DNA of 62,551 nucleotides, the filler included, from Aduncisulcus paluster (lineage: Eukaryota): the NCBI GenBank assembly GCA_024181965.1. It is 6 parts of 6 records of this genome, joined end to end, with 100 filler letters (N's around TTAATTAATTAA, not from the genome) between each part and the next. Parts side by side here need not be neighbours in the genome. Positions count along the whole stretch, not along the records: positions 51,905 to 62,551 come from BQXS01012523.1; 5 more parts are not named here. One strand, given 5' to 3'. Position numbers and translations under genes: made by a program. Numbering within the stretch: position 1 is the first letter of the stretch; each line of letters opens with the position of its first letter. The notes under the pieces were generated by a model, which was not told the origin of the DNA, made no database searches, and saw nothing but the letters and a program-made list of their open reading frames with translations. Shown piece by piece: positions 61,418 through 62,551 of the stretch.

Positions 61418-62551
61418 ATGAGTGATCATCCTAATCCATATGATTTTCTTTTCAAAAGTATGTTTGTTGAGGTTTTCTTTTTTTTTCTGTTGTTCTTTGT
61501 CCTTAGAATATTTCTCACATGTTCTGCTATATCTTATCCTTATCTTAAATAGTTGTTCTTATTGGGGAAAGTGAGTTGGAAAATCCCAACTTCTATCCAG
61601 ATTTACCGTAATATTTTATATTGTTCGAAACCTACTTTGGTGTAGATCGCAATAGAAATGTTTCTATTGATGATAAAATGATAAAAGCTCAGATTTGGGA
61701 AATTGCTGTAAGAAGATTCAGCCTTATTTCTCTTTTTATCGTGGAGCTATGGGAGCTCTTCTCGTATATGATATCACTCAACATCGTACTTTCGAACAAA
61801 TTGATCGTTGGCTCCAAGAGTTGCGTGACTATGCTGAATCCAACATTGTGATTATGCTTGCTGCGAATAAGACTGATCTTGCCCATCTTCGTGCCGTGAA
61901 ACGTGCCGATGGAGTTGCTTTTGCTGAAAAACATGGACTTAGTTTCATTGAAACTTCTGCATGTGATGGATCTAACGTTGATGAAGCCTTCCAACAAACA
62001 TTAAAGAAGATATACGGAATTATCTCAGCCACTGATGTTCTTACTCCAATTCCTTCCAGTTCCTCCAAGACACTCACATCAACTTTGTCTTTGCCATCAA
62101 AACCTGAGAAAGAAGTTGTGAAAGAAGAAGAAGAAGAAGAACAAAAACAAGAAATTGTTATTAAAGGAAATGATAAGGATCCAAGACCAAAAGACACCAA
62201 ACAGAAGAAACATAAGGATAATAAGAAACATAACCCCAAGGATGGCAAGCCCAAGTATAACCCCAAGCACGACTCGCTAACCCTGACATCTGCATCCACG
62301 CTGACTTCACAGTGCATCATTGGCAGTGGTGGATTTGGGGAGGTTCTTCTTGTCAAAGTTGATGGCATTCCTTTCCCATGTGTTCTGAAGAAGATGCTTC
62401 GGATTGCGGACAAAACTGTTGTGAAAGGGTGTCGGAAGGAGTTTAAAGTGCAACTCAAGTTGTTTAACAATCCTAAATGTTTCAACCGTATCCCACGTCC
62501 TCTGTATATCCTTGACCTGCTTGATTGCGATATGAAAGGTGTGTATGGCTT
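61418..62551 (+). CDS. Rab11-like GTPase fused in frame to the lineage-specific Ser/Thr kinase (5' part frameshifted; runs off window)
   Basis: Exon 1 is [13 protein letters not shown], with an intron at 61458-61552, then [18 protein letters not shown] and KAQIW with several small deletions in 61570-61730. From about 61731 a stop-free frame reads [15 protein letters not shown]...[34 protein letters not shown], a linker, then [26 protein letters not shown]. Confidence 0.8.

Noticed and set aside
61829..62485. 218-aa minus-strand ORF and many similar antisense ORFs
   Set aside because: Shadow frames of real genes on the opposite strand.
1..62551. Alternative genetic code, or a DGR as the source of repeat variability
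   Set aside because: Conserved genes terminate at TAA, TAG or TGA at the expected positions, and no reverse transcriptase or template-repeat pair is visible in this window.

Overview
Eukaryotic draft-genome sequence from an AT-rich, intron-containing protist using the standard genetic code. From memory of its expanded gene families it is most consistent with a Carpediemonas-like fornicate such as Aduncisulcus; this is unverified. The window is six scaffolds joined by artificial N44-TTAATTAATTAA-N44 linkers: 1-8918, 9019-13371, 13472-37539, 37640-47050, 47151-51804 and 51905-62551. There are also ten 20-N gaps, most flanked by artefactual duplications. Recognisable housekeeping genes are PRP38, a short delta-COP, an RNF123-like SPRY protein, HisRS, STI1/HOP, MAP65/Ase1, EFL1/RIA1, a syntaxin-6-like SNARE, oligoribonuclease and tRNA-Ser(AGA). 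The most striking content is a lineage-specific family of ~170-aa repeat domains, about 17 units in 5 genes plus fragments, with a constant framework and short hypervariable aromatic-rich patches. Alongside it is a lineage-specific Ser/Thr kinase module that appears three times with different N-termini: five of those repeat domains, a short K/P-rich leader, and a Rab11-like GTPase. Together they may form a modular, diversifying sensor-kinase system (inference). Other oddities are an SDR with a ~170-aa coiled-coil insertion, a start codon split by an intron, a 476-bp tandem array with a block-substituted segment, a dispersed element that truncates a family gene, and a candidate structured ncRNA.
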